Shown here piece by piece: positions 49,125 through 64,000 of a DNA stretch of 64,000 nucleotides. The notes below the pieces were generated by a model. That model was not told the DNA's origin. It worked only from the letters and a program-made list of their open reading frames with translations, and did no database searches. Location of the stretch: assembly GCA_964016885.1 (NCBI GenBank), contig OZ024758.1:32674001-32738000 (forward strand), written 5' to 3'. Every line of letters starts with the position of its first letter. Position 1 is the stretch's first letter. A program made the translations under genes and the position numbers. Origin of the DNA: Eledone cirrhosa (Eukaryota).

Positions 49125-51845
49125 AAAACCCGACAACCACCTGATCAACTATAGATCAGGGGAGCACTCCAGTCAGATAGATTTTATCCTCATCAGAGGA
49201 CGTGACAGATGGACGGTCGTAAACACAAAAGCCTTCCCTAGTGAGGAATGTACATCCCAACATAGCTTAGTTGTCAGCGACCTCACGGTCAGAACTAGAT
49301 GAACCTGGAAACAGAGGCCAACCTGGAGAAGAAAGATCTGGAAGCTGAAAGTCCCCTCAACCAGTAACAGATTTAAAGATATTTTACTCAACGCCTACGA
49401 CAGTAAAGAAGAACAGATAGAGACATTCAATGTAGAAGAGAACTGAGAGTTCCTAAAAAATAATTTACTAGAGGCGACAGATGAGGTCTGTGGTTGGAGT
49501 AAGACCTCAAGCAGGAGGAGAGTGACTTGGTGGTGGAACAATAAGGTAGATGAAGCAGTTAAGGCCAAGAGACAGGCATGGAAAGAATGGAAGAACGGGG
49601 AGAGCAGGGTACATTACATAGAGACCAAGAGGGAAGCTAGGCGACAAGTATACTTAGCTAGGAGGGAAGCAGAGGATAGAAAATTCAAGCATGTTTTGCA
49701 ACGTCAGGACCAGAAACAGGAGGTGTTCAAGATTGCGAGGCAGTGTGTCAGAGATAGTTGTGATGTCATTGGAGAGAAGTGTATCCGGAATGATAAAGGT
49801 GAGCTTGCCCTCACAAGTGCTGAGAAGAAAGATGCATGGAAGAGTCATTATGATAGATTACTAAATGAGGAGAATGCATGGGAAGAAGAGACCCTACCCC
49901 AAGTAGACCCTATAGAGGGGCCAGCAGTACAAGTCAGCAGCAACGTAGTAAGTAAGGCAATCAAAGATATGAAGATGGGGAAGGCAACCGGTCCATCGGG
50001 TATAGCTGCTGAGATGCTGAAGGCATCTGGGTCTGTAGGTCACACTATAACCACACGTATTGTTAACCAGGTAATACTAGAAGGTGTCATACCAAAAGAT
50101 TGGTGCAGTAGCATCATTGTCAACTGCTACAAAGGTAAAGGTGATGCACTAGATAGAGGAAACTATACAGGTATAAAGTTGATGGACCAGGTCATGAAAG
50201 TAACAGAAAGAGTTATAGCACAGTTGATTAGGGACCGGGTGAAAATAGACGAGATGCAATTTGGGTTTGTACCAGGAAGGGGCACCACTGATACCCTCTT
50301 CCTTGTGAGGCAGTTACAGGAAAAGTACCTAGCTAAAAGTAAGCCACTCTACTTGGCATTTGTCGACCTTGAGAAAGCCTTTGACAGAGTTCCACGTGCT
50401 ATAATCTGGTGGGCTCTTAGAAAACTAGGAGTAGATGAATGGTTTGTGAAAGCTGTACAAGCCATGTATAGGGGAGCAGTCAGCAAAGTTAGGATTAGCA
50501 ATGAGTATAGCGAGGAATTTAGCGTACAGGTTGGGGTCCACCAGGGCTCTGTTCTTAGCCCCCTCCTGTTCATCATAGTCCTGCAGGCAATAACGGAGGA
50601 GTTTAAGACCGGATGCCCATGGGAACTCCTGTATGCTGATGACCTCACACTCATAGCTGAATCTATGGTAGAACTAGAGAATAAATTCCAAACTTGGAAG
50701 CAAGGACTAAAAAGAAAGGGTCTCAAAGTCAACATGACAAAGACTAAGGTCCTTGTAAGTAGGCGAGAAAACAGAACCCAGATCCCCTCAGGGAAATGGC
50801 CTTGTTCAGTATGTAGGAAAGGTGTAGGTAGGAACTCCATTCTCTGCCCCAAATGCAAACAATGGGTACACAGGAGATGTAGCGGGATCTCAGGAAGCTT
50901 AATTAAGAATGTAGGCTTCACATGCAGCAGCAAGCAGCAAACAGCCACAGGAAACAAGTACCACCAATCTCTGGGAGGGCTCTGTAGAAACAGTAGACAG
51001 CTTCTGCTACCTAGGTGACCGAATTAGCAGCGGAGGTGGGTGTTCAGAAAGTACAATAACTAGGGTAAGAACGGGATGGAAGAAGTTTAGGGAACTACTA
51101 CCACTGCTAGCTGCAAAAGGCTTCTCCCTCAGAATGAAAGGCAGACTGTAGTGAGACCTGGGCGCTGAAGGTGGAAGACTTACGTAGATTAGAGAGAAAC
51201 GAAGCCTGCATGCTCCGATGGATGTGTAATAGTAATATACGTGAACGACAAAGCATAAATGAATTGAGAGAGAGACTGAGCATAAGAGGAATCAAAGGCT
51301 GTGTGCAGGAGAGGTGGTTGCGCTGGTATGGACATGTGATGCGTATGAAGGATGACAGCTGCATAAAAAGGTGCAGAGCATGAGAAGTCGATGGAAACCG
51401 TGGAGTGGGGAGACCCAAGATGACCTGGGATGAGGTGATAAAAGCTGACCTTACCCAATTACACCTCTCAAAGGCGATGACACACGACCGTGACCACTGG
51501 CGTCATGCAGTAATTCAGAGTACCCAACCTCCCATGGGTACAAGCTGAAGCATATAGACAATATGCCCCCACACCCCCACTGCAAGGTGGTCGTGGAGGT
51601 GCCACGGCAAAAAAGCACCCAGCCCACACTGTAAAGTGGACGTGTAGGCGCCACGAAAAAGCACCCAGCACTCACTGTAAATGAGGTTGGTGTTAGGAAG
51701 GGCATCCGGCTGTAGAAATCAAGCCAAATCAGTTCCTGTATGTGCAAGGCATGGTCAGCCGACCAGACACTGCCCACAACAGGACAACCCGTCTAACCCA
51801 TGCTAGCGTGGAAGAACGGACGTAAAACGGTGATGATGATGATGA

Positions 51846-51849
<4 letters not shown>
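49125..51849 (+). mobile_element. 5'-truncated RTE (PHD-bearing family) with stops and deletions
   Basis: ORF 49522-51018 with RT motifs (GVHQGSVLSP, LYADD), a 3'UTR and a (GAT)n tail. Confidence 0.93.
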
Positions 51850-51879
<30 letters not shown>

Positions 51880-51883
<4 letters not shown>

Positions 51884-52761
51884 GGAAGCAGAAAATTGCT
51901 TTTTGTGATCCAGTTTGTGGTTAAGAAAGCCAGTTTCATGGATGGTTTCAACGTACGGTTAGGGTAACTCCACAAGTTTGTAAGAATTCCGTTCAATCTT
52001 GGAGTATATAAAAGAGAAAACACAGGTAAGCATTAAGAGAAGGATTTTATCCAGGTATTTACGACCGTTTCATATACTTAGACTTTATACCCGATTGTTG
52101 TATCTAAACCCTTTTAATTACCCACAAAAACCAATACCTATATCCCCCCCTTCTCCTTCATTCCTCTTCTATTTCTTTGTTTTCTTCCTTCACTCCCCTT
52201 CTTGGCTATCTTTTCTTTTTTTCTTTCCCCCTCCTTCTTTGTTTTTATTTTTGTCATTATTATCTTTATCTTTATTTTTTATATATATATTTATCTCTTT
52301 ATATCCCCCCTCTCCCTCTCTCTCTCTCTCTCTATCCATGCCTCCCACTATGATCAATTTAATTCTCTTTAACTCACTACATTCCACAACATGAAGTCTG
52401 CTATCAAAACTGACCAAAGAATCCTTCCACCTCTACCCCTCCCTCCATCTCAGTTTGTCACTCTACTTCCTACCTCTTCCCCCTTTCTCTCTCTCTATAC
52501 TATTCCGTTTGTCCCCTCACCTCCTGATTCCTCTCTCTCTATACTAGTAAATACAATTCTAAATAAATGTTTTTCTCTATATATTAAAAATTATTTCAAG
52601 AGTAACTTACTATTTTGAAAATTTGGACTGTGAACAACAATTATAATTGAGTGGCTGCTATTTGCAGTATAACAATATAAGGTTGCACTTACCAATGAAA
52701 CGGTCGTAAATACCTGGATAAAATCCTTCTCTTAATGCTTACCTGTGTTTTCTCTTTTATA
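51880..52761. mobile_element. Penelope-like pLTR remnant with 67-bp perfect inverted arms starting at a hammerhead 3' half
   Basis: 52007-52073 is inverted at 52695-52761 (ATGAAAC-GGTC-GTA-AATACC..), with (TA)n on both sides. Confidence 0.55.
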
Positions 52762-52762
52762 C

Positions 52763-53205
<443 letters not shown>

Positions 53206-53540
53206 GGAGGCACATGGCTTAGTGGTTAGAGCATTGGCCTTGCAATCGAAAGGTTGTGAGTTCAATTCTCAGACCAGGTGATGTGTTGTTTCCTTGAGCA
53301 AGACACTTTATTTCACATTGCTCCAGTTTACTCAGCTGTAGAAATGAGATGATAGGGACTGGGGTCCCTATCATTCCACTGTAAAGTGAACGTGGAGGTG
53401 CCACGGCAAAAAAGCACCCAGCACTCACTGTAAATGAGGTTGGTGTTAGGAAGGGCATCCAGCTGTAGAAATCAAGCCAGAATCAGTTCCCGTCCCACCC
53501 TTGCAAGCAGGGAAAAGTGGACGTAAAATGATGATGATGA
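53206..53540 (+). mobile_element. Full-length CORE-SINE inside (TA)n
   Basis: tRNA A and B boxes, CORE domain and RTE tail. Confidence 0.9.
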
Positions 53541-54856
<1,316 letters not shown>

Positions 54857-54899
54857 TTTGAGATAGAGCGCCCGTGATGTTTGCTATAATCTGAGATTA

Positions 54900-56530
54900 G
54901 AGCAAACATCACGGGCGAAATAATAATAATAATGTAAGAAACTTGACACCACGTGTACCATCTAAGTCTATCTCGAATGCTGGAGAAAACACTATCGATA
55001 ATAATATTAATCGAAGAAATTTGACACCACATATACCATCAGAGTCTACCTCGACTGTTGTGGAAAATACTATCGATAATGATAAAAATGAAAAGTATAA
55101 ACAATTGAAAATTTCCCTCAACAAAATCTTCCAGAGAGAAATTAATTCATGTATAAACATTTCTCTTGATGAACATATTAAAACAAATATATTTAATAAA
55201 AAACAAATAATGAAATATTACCTGTTAATCTGACGAATTAGGGGATGAATATTTATGAGGGATAAAAACCCCAACATTTTGGCAAATCAACGCCTGTTTA
55301 TATGCCTAAGCAACGACAGTGAAGCATTATCTTGGTGATAGCAGTGATATTAACAAGAACAGAACACCACCAAAAATACCATCATATATAACTAAAATAG
55401 AAAAAAAGATTTCTGACCTACGAAAAACCATAGGATATGTGACGATGCTCCTTACATGCAAACAAACACAAAAAAACTTCACTCTTCACCAACAAAGAGT
55501 GAAAAAGAAAACAGAGATGATGTTTGGTAACAGTATAACCAGAACTCTTCAATATAAGCTGATCACCGTCAAACAAGAATTGAGAGCTGTTAACGAAAAA
55601 TGCTGATACCTGAAGAAGATAGATGAGAAAAAAGTGCTTAATAAAAGATTCAGACGAAACCAAACATCAGTCTATAGAGATATAAAGGGCAAAATAATAA
55701 GTGTCACTGAGGCCCCATCTTAGAAAGACATAGATTCTTTTTGGAGAAAAATATGGGGTGAAAAGAAGAATTTCAACCAAGATGCAGTGTGGCTAAAAAA
55801 ATCCAAAAGAACTATTGCTCCTATGCTACAAGAAAAACATACAAAATGAGACTGTGGTTAGAAAACTCCAAGATAAGAAAACACCAGGAAGAGACATGAT
55901 TGTCGGCTACTGGTACAAAAAACTGATATTCTATTGGAGGTATCTTACCGACTTCTACCAACAAGTTCTTAAGGGAGATACACTTATACCAGAGTAGTTG
56001 ACATTAGCACAAACATTACTGGTCCCCAAGAACTGACACCCACTTGGCAAAAAACTACCGACCCATTGCATGCCAGATCCTAATGTATAAGATGTATACA
56101 GCCTGCCTGAACCTATTCCTCCAAGATCACTGTGAAAATAATAATATCATCACAGATGAACAAGCAGCTGGAAAGAAAAGGGTTTGGGGATGTGCTGAAC
56201 AACTCCTAATCAACAAAACTGCGATGTCAGAGGTGCGACAACTTAGGAGGAATATGGCTACAGTCTGGCTGGACTTCAGGAAAGCTTTCGATTCTGTTCC
56301 CCACTCTTGGATGATAGAGGCCCTCCAACTTGCTAAAGTCCCAGACATTGTCAGAGCCATAGAGAGGCTGTCTTCTTCTTGGGCTACTATCCTAAGGTTA
56401 AAGACAGAGGGGGAGGACTCTATTTTCACTGATAAGATAAAATATCACAGGGGTATATTTCAGGGTGACAGTCTCTCTGTGATATTATTTATCCTGTCAT
56501 TAAACCCCTTGTCCTTTCTGCTCACACAAT
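54900..56530 (+). mobile_element. Decayed R4/Dong-like non-LTR retrotransposon, broken before YxDD
   Basis: KTPGRDMIVGYWYK, NYRPIAC, EQ..G..GCAEQLLINK, WLDFRKAFDSVPHSW, RGIFQGDSLSVILFILSLNPLSFLL. Confidence 0.8.
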
Positions 56531-57410
56531 TAAACTGTCTTATTCTACAACTATGAATATGGCCCAAAACATCGCTAAAATAAACAGTATAATTCTAAAT
56601 CAAAATCAACATAATGATATTAATAATAGTGTTAATATAAATAATAATAAATCAAAATGTAATTGTAGAAATAAACCAGATTGCCCTCTGCAAAATAATT
56701 GTTTGGATAGAAATCTGGTGTATAAATGTACCGTAAAAACAAATAACAACACATACAACTACATAGGAGCAACTTCTTTGACATTTAAATCGAGATTTGC
56801 GAATCACAAATGCTCATTCTCGAATTTTAATAGGAAGTCTTCGACTTCTTTATCACAGCTTAAATGGTCATTAAAAGACAAAAATTTAAAATACTCGATC
56901 TTTTGGACGAAGCTTTGTAATAGTGGAATTTATACAAATTCTTCAATATCAATTAACTGCAACCTCTGTACAAAGGAGACCCTATTAATAATTAATAATT
57001 ATGAAAACTTTAACAAAAAGAGTGAATTATTCTCAAACTGACTTCATAAAGTTTTGTCTACATTCCAAGCCTCGCATAAAGTCCGGAAAAAACAGTAAAC
57101 AATCAGGCCTAATTTTCGATGTCTATTATCAACTGTTGAACGTATAAGTCATAAAGGTTTATAAAACTTTAATAATACTTTGGCTGCTAATCATTTATAA
57201 TAGAATTAATGTTTGAATGAATGACACTCGTTTGATAACTAGTTTACTTGATAGATATACATACCCTATGATTTTTTGGATATTTATAACTTTGGATTCA
57301 GATCTTTATTTATCTGTCTCTGTTTTAAGTATATAGTTGGGATATCTAACTTGTAAATTTGCTGATTATAATTTGAACTGTGGATCATTCATGCGTTTGC
57401 ATATTTTATA
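56530..57410 (+). mobile_element. Naiad-like Penelope element 3' fragment (GIY-YIG endonuclease and 3'UTR)
   Basis: CNCRNKPDCPLQNNCL..LVY..YIGAT..FKSRFANH..SF..CNLCTKE..NKKSELFSN*LH. Confidence 0.85.
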
Positions 57411-57430
57411 TATATATATATATTACTCAC

Positions 57431-57563
57431 TTTGAGTATGTTTTTGGGGACTCAGAATGTTGGATGTGCACTTGGTTTTTTTTATGTATATCTAGGTATA
57501 AATTTAACAAGCCATAATAGCTGACAAATATTGGTTTATCTCTCCACTGAACTGGAGGTAAAA
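57431..57563 (-). CDS. Candidate 133-nt host-gene exon
   Basis: TTGCAG acceptor and GTGAGT donor, with one open frame (LPPVQWRDKPIFVSYYGLLNLYLDIHKKNQVHIQHSESPKTYS). Polypyrimidine tract is weak and no homology was recognised. Confidence 0.3.
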
Positions 57564-58169
57564 CTGCAATTATAGCATTACTAACAATGATTATAATTTT
57601 TATTTTTTATTAAATGTATACCGTTTCATTAATACCTATAATTATATCTATATATAGTTGTACAAATAGCTTTATCTAGTGTAATAACATAATCGTAGTT
57701 ACATTTATAAATAATTTAGACACTCAAATGACATTATATATTATTATAAGTGTTTGGTTTTCCCTGGAAGGTCGAACTTATATAATCATTTACTTAATAC
57801 AATATAAAATAATATATTTTTCAAATATTTTTCAAATATTCAGCGCTTCTTTATATCACATTCACTAAATTATTTTAGAGATATCTTTTCTATACTTTAT
57901 TAAAACAATATTGCATTTGTTTCTAATTTTGGGCATCTTTAAATTTCACAAATAGTTCATTTTCTTTTAGTGGTATATTTACTTATTTTGTATCTAGCCC
58001 CTATTACTAGGACTCATATAGTTTTGACTTATATCTTTATAGTATATATCAACTAAATGAAAATAATTGATATAAAACATTAATTCTTTAACAATATTTT
58101 TAACTGTATATATTTTGAGCAATATCTTCAGGAAATTATTTACTATACTGCAATACAGCATTATTGTAA

Positions 58170-58277
58170 TCTCGCCGAGGTTAACTTTGCCTTTCATCCA
58201 TACGGGGTCGATAAAATAAAGTACCAGTAATGTACTGGGTAATTGCTGGCCTTGTGCCAAAAGTAGAAACAATTATT
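58170..58277 (+). mobile_element. Meta/MESC-like SINE 3' half
   Basis: Matches the 5354 family. Confidence 0.8.
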
Positions 58278-58529
58278 GTAATATAATAATATATTATATA
58301 TATTTGAAAGGTATCACCTCAACTATGAACAAATAATAAACTATAATCTTGGTATATTATGATCAATACATATATATATAGTTGAAAATTCTGACTTCTT
58401 GAAGTTTAATTATAAGGCCAGTTGACACTTTAGGCACTCAAACTATTTAACAATAAATTCTTTAATTATTATAAATTATATTATAGAAGCTGTTGTCAAT
58501 ATTATAAGTAATTTTGGTAAAGATTACCT

Positions 58530-58866
58530 TCATCATCATCATCATTTTACGTCCGCTTTTCCCTGCTTGCAAGGGTGCCACGGGAACTGGTTCTGGCTTG
58601 ATTTCTACAGCTAGATGCCCTTCCTAACACCAACCCCATTTACAGTGAGTGCTCGGTGCTTTTTTTCCGTGGTGCCTACACAACCACTTTACAGTGGAAT
58701 GATAGGGACCCCAGTCCTATCATCTCATTTCTACAGCTGAGTTAACTGGAGCAATGTGAAATAAAGTGTCTTGCTCAAGGAAACAACACATCACTTGGTC
58801 TGAGAATTGAACTCACAACCTTTCGATTGCAAGGCCAATGCTCTAACCACTAAGCCATGTGCCTCC
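58530..58866 (-). mobile_element. Full-length CORE-SINE
   Basis: Reverse complement of the 53206 family. Confidence 0.9.
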
Positions 58867-59456
58867 TTCGTGGGGATATAAAACATTATATATATATATA
58901 TTTTCTTTCTCGTGTTTCGTAAATCATTTAAATTTGCTTTCATTAAATTTGAATTTTAAAAATTTAACATAATTATATTATAATATTAATACAAATATCT
59001 ATTAACTATTAAAACCTAAAATATGATTCTTTACCCTGAAATAACATAAATTAAATATTTTGAAAATTAACTGCGAACTATATTATATAGAAATCTGTGT
59101 GTGTAGAAACTTGAACATAAATTACTCCCCTTTTCTCTCTCTCTCTCTCTTTAATCATCTTTCATCTGTCTTCTCAAGCCACATACTAAATATGTCATCA
59201 CATCAGCTGTGTCTTCCTCTATGTTTTCCTTTCCCTCCTCTTTCGCTAATAGTTTTTAAAAATTTAAAATGTTATAACTGTTATATTGATGCCATGTATT
59301 TCTTAAAATATATTACTCGCACCCTCTCTATTGTTTGTATTACGTTATCTCATGTTCTCAATATTAGGGTATAAATATTGAGTTTTGTCATAAGTTAACC
59401 ACTACCTTGATTAAATCTTAACCATCTACCATGTCAGAGTATGTCATGTATCATTT

Positions 59457-59523
59457 TATTTTATCTGATGAGGACGTACTGTTGAACTTAATTCAGTACC
59501 TCTGAAATATGTATAATAAAATA
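59457..59523 (+). ncRNA. Minimal type I hammerhead ribozyme (PLE type)
   Basis: TATTTTAT [CTGATGA] GGACGTACTG TTGAACTTAATT CAGTACCTCT [GAAA] T ATGT A[TA] ATAAAATA. Confidence 0.75.
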
Positions 59524-59665
59524 TAATTGATCACAAGAATATCTATTTTGTTAATATTTTGAACTAATATTAATAACTCTGGAAAACATTTTTTCTGTAG
59601 AGTGCTTCCAATCTATTGTAAAACTCATTCTTTGATGTACTCATTGAATCTTGTTTAACTCTTAA

Positions 59666-60093
<428 letters not shown>

Positions 60094-60234
60094 TCAGGTT
60101 ATCAATAATGTAGTGATAATATATCATCACGTTAGAGATGAACAGCGTACATATAGGTTTGCTCAATGAGTATAAATTATATTCCGGAGAAAATGTAGAA
60201 AAGATGAATATAAAATGTAGAAAAGATGAATATA

Positions 60235-60375
60235 AAATGTAAATTGTGTAATATGGAATCATTTTGTATTATGAAATCAAAAAATATTTTATTAAATAAC
60301 AGAATAGAGCGATCGTTATACTGTAACCATCGCTTGAAATCTACATTTTCATATTACAAACACTACCGGGATTGA
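60235..60375 (+). mobile_element. Second Naiad-like GIY-YIG C-terminal fragment, not in the ORF track
   Basis: KCKLCNMESFCIMKSKNILLNNRIERSLYCNHRLKSTFSYYKHYRD*, which aligns to 56955-57098. Confidence 0.75.
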
Positions 60376-61136
60376 ACGCCTGTCTCCATCTCCGTTTGAT
60401 TGTCAAAATACATAGTAACATTCTCTATTAGTCTTAATTCTATCAACTCTTCTATTCTTTACCATTTAATATAAACTGCTATAGATAAAATGAGATTTCT
60501 TAATTCAATTCCCTAATGCATATACCAGCAGGCTACCAGCATTGTTGTTATACAGTAGCAGTGAAAATCTCCCTCTTCCTTAATTGACACTTTATAATTA
60601 GTACTACTACACCAAACGACCAGCCCTGTCCATTGTTCAATTGGTCAAGTATAGATTAAAATAGGCACTCCCAAAAATTCTTATTTAGATAAAATAAACC
60701 ATATACTCATTGTATTCTCATTAGAAACCCTTTATATACTTGTTTACCAGTAAATAGAATTGCCATCTGTCATATACTATCCCCTCTCTTCTTCCTTTAT
60801 TACAACTAATATAAATACTTCAATTTTTCTGATTTTTTCCAATTTATCCAATATCTCTGAAGAAGTGACAACTGATTATACATTTGCTATCGAATACTTG
60901 CAAACATTATATGATTACGCAAGCAGTGATACATAGGTATGCCGTCTGTTACAGAAACATATGTCAATACCTAATAAATTCCTTTTTTAAAAAAAGCACT
61001 TTCATTTTATATTCATCTTTTCTATATATATGTGTGTAGGAGGTGAGTTTTATTGTAGTACAATAAAGCAATGCAGATATCGGATAAGTAGCACTCTACA
61101 GTTTGTAGGACTGAAGTATAAATAGTATATAAGATC

Positions 61137-61465
61137 AAAAGATGGTTAAAAGAGTTCCATGTATTTCATTATGCGCATTTCAAAAACAAATATGATCATG
61201 CAATAACATTTGCGTTTTCGTCAGATAAAATAGGGAGACATGATATGAAGGTTAAAACACACTTGTGAATAGTGCAGTTTTAAATCAACATATATGTTGA
61301 TTTAAAACTGCACTATTCACAAGTGTGTTTTAACCTTCATATCATGTCTCCCTATTTTATCTGACGAAAACGCATAATGATATTTGTTTTTGACGAAAAC
61401 GCATGATGATATTTGTTTTTGAAATGCGCATAATCAAATACATGGAACTCTTTTAACCATCTTTT
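61137..61465. repeat. Fold-back with a 164-bp perfect spacerless palindrome and a hammerhead in each arm
   Basis: Perfect from 61211 to 61374, centred at 61292/61293, with outer arms continuing. Confidence 0.9.
61162..61232 (-). ncRNA. Minimal type I hammerhead ribozyme with palindromic stem III
   Basis: Minus strand: TATTTTAT [CTGACGA] AAACGCAAATGT..ATATTTGTTTTT [GAAA] T GCGC A[TA] ATGAAATA. Confidence 0.75.
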
Positions 61466-61468
61466 TAT

Positions 61469-61529
<61 letters not shown>

Positions 61530-61552
61530 CATACATACATATACATACATAC

Positions 61553-62390
61553 ATCATCATCATCATTTTACGTCCGCTTTTCCCTGCTTGCAAGGGTGGG
61601 ACGGGTCTTATTCAGCATCTCTCCACTCGTCACGGTCCCTCGTCATCTCCACCGTGAGCTTCAATGATCTGATGTCTGTTCTCACCACCTCCGCCCATGT
61701 TTTTCCTGGTCTACCTCTACCACGTCTTCCTTCAACTGACAATTCCTGGCACTTCTTCACCCATCGGTCATCCTCCATGCGCATCACATGTCCATACCAC
61801 CTCCGTCTCCTCTCCCGTACACTACATTCTATCCCTCTCAGACACAGTTTCTCTCTCAACACATTTATGCTGGGTCGTTCACGCATATTTACACTGCACA
61901 TCCAACGGAGCATGCTTGCCTCATTTCTCTCCAGCCGTCGTATATCCTCTGCAGTTGCTGCCCATGTCTCACTACCATGCAGCATCGCGCGCTCCTCACA
62001 CAGGCATCATACAACCGGCCTTTCGTACACAGGGAGAAACCCTTCTTCGTCAACAGAGGAAGCAGCTCCCTAAACTTCTTCCAACCCGTCCTTATTCTAG
62101 ATACTATGGCCTCGGAACACCCTCCTCCCATGCTAATCTGATCTCCTAGGTACCGGAAGCTATCCACCACTTCTATAGCGCCCTCTTGCATTTGAAAAAT
62201 GTGTCTATCAGTGCGACTTCTACTGTCTAATTTCCCTGTACATCTACTGCATACATATTTCTCACTACCTGTTAGTTTGCCTGCTATCCCGCTACATCTC
62301 TTGTGTACCCAGGATCTGCATTGTGTGCATTTTATAGAATTTATGCCAGTTCCTTTTCTGCATATCGAACATGGTCATTTCCCTGACGGA
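61553..62390 (-). mobile_element. RTE 3' fragment (PHD-bearing family)
   Basis: [30 protein letters not shown] and a (CAT)n tail. Confidence 0.92.
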
Positions 62391-62473
62391 AATAAATATA
62401 TATATACACATACATACATATATACATATACATACATATATATATACATATACATACATACATATACATACAT

Positions 62474-62518
<45 letters not shown>

Positions 62519-62535
62519 CATATATACATATACAT

Positions 62536-62782
62536 ATGGTGGCTGCCAACTCGTTTTCGAGTACGGCCACTACTTTATATCCATGTAGGAGAACCCCTAC
62601 CGATGCGCTGAACGAGTGTGACTTTTTAGTCCAGCCAGCGACTTGAAAACTCTGGTACAAATACTACACTTGTGACAATTATTGACACATAGTGCTGGGC
62701 CTATGGTACCATGTGACGACAAGTGCAGAGAGATCTCCAGATATAAAGCAATGCCTGTGTCGTGAAGCTTTTATAGTGAGCA
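62536..62782 (-). mobile_element. 5'-truncated copy of the non-autonomous RTE derivative
   Basis: Matches 63332-63577; embedded in (TA)n. Confidence 0.85.
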
Positions 62783-63331
<549 letters not shown>

Positions 63332-63940
63332 ATGGTGGCTGCCAACTCGTTTTCGAGTACGGCCACTACTTTATATCCATGTAGGAGAACCCCTACTGAT
63401 GCGCTGAACGAGTGTGACTTTTTAGTCCAGCCAGCGACTTGAAAGCTCTGGTACAAACACTACACTTGTGACAATTATTGACACAGCGTTGGGCCCATGG
63501 TACCATGTGACGACAAATGCAGAGAGATCTCCAGATATAAAGCAATGCCTGTGCCGTGAAGCTTTTATAGTGAGCAAAGGCACTGCACAAAGCCAGTCCC
63601 ACTCTCTTAACCAAGATGATATTTACCAAAAAGAAGAACAAGTCAACATCATTGGATACCATCAGGGTTGCAGGTGTTATATCAGAGTTTTCCTTCTCCT
63701 AGAATTCTGCCTTGACAAAGGCTAAGGGGTCATCTCTCCCGGTGATTTTGGATGGCCATTGACTCTTAAGAGCTCCTTTGCCTTTTGACAGGTTTTGTTT
63801 TTAGTCCTGCAGGATGTCCAAAGTCACCCTCCTCACCAATAAACCTTGGTGGGGTTGCCAGTTTAGTCGCCAACGACCCGACCATGGGACAGGTTGTACT
63901 GGAATACATGTTACCAGTAGCACCAACTGGTGACCTGACA
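63332..63940 (-). mobile_element. Full-length non-autonomous RTE derivative
   Basis: Reverse complement of 4421-5030. Confidence 0.85.
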
Positions 63941-64000
63941 TACATATATACATACATACATACATACATACATATATTAATACATACATATATACATACA

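Noticed and set aside
53206-53275. tRNA gene
   Set aside because: A and B boxes are present, but the cloverleaf is imperfect and the sequence continues into CORE and RTE tail in several copies, so it is a SINE head.
60850-60910. CTGAAGA..GAAT downstream of the second Naiad-like fragment
   Set aside because: GAAA is mutated and stems I and III do not pair. The position is suggestive only.

Overview
Repeat-saturated, AT-rich animal DNA, intronic or intergenic, with no confidently identifiable host gene. The mix of tRNA/CORE-SINEs with RTE tails, Meta/MESC-like SINEs, many RTE LINEs and kilobase (TA)n tracts suggests a coleoid cephalopod such as octopus (inference). Main elements: one full-length, apparently intact L1/Tx1-clade LINE (about 15180-21206, minus) inside an (AAT)n tract; one near-complete RTE ORF with a PHD-like finger (37826-40768); a decayed BovB-like RTE with three C-terminal C2H2 fingers and a 610-bp non-autonomous relative; an R4/Dong-like RT fragment; several Penelope-like (PLE) fragments; MITEs; and three tandem arrays (24, 48 and about 60-71 bp units). 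The most interesting signal is non-coding. At least five unrelated type I hammerhead-ribozyme folds can be read directly, two with non-canonical cores (U3-A8 at 35161-35256; A4 at 49032-49106), and several lie in outward-facing fold-back pairs next to (TA)n. A Naiad-like PLE GIY-YIG fragment has an in-frame TGA exactly where a second fragment in this window has a conserved Cys, making it a candidate selenocysteine codon. All folds and alignments were done by eye and boundaries are approximate.
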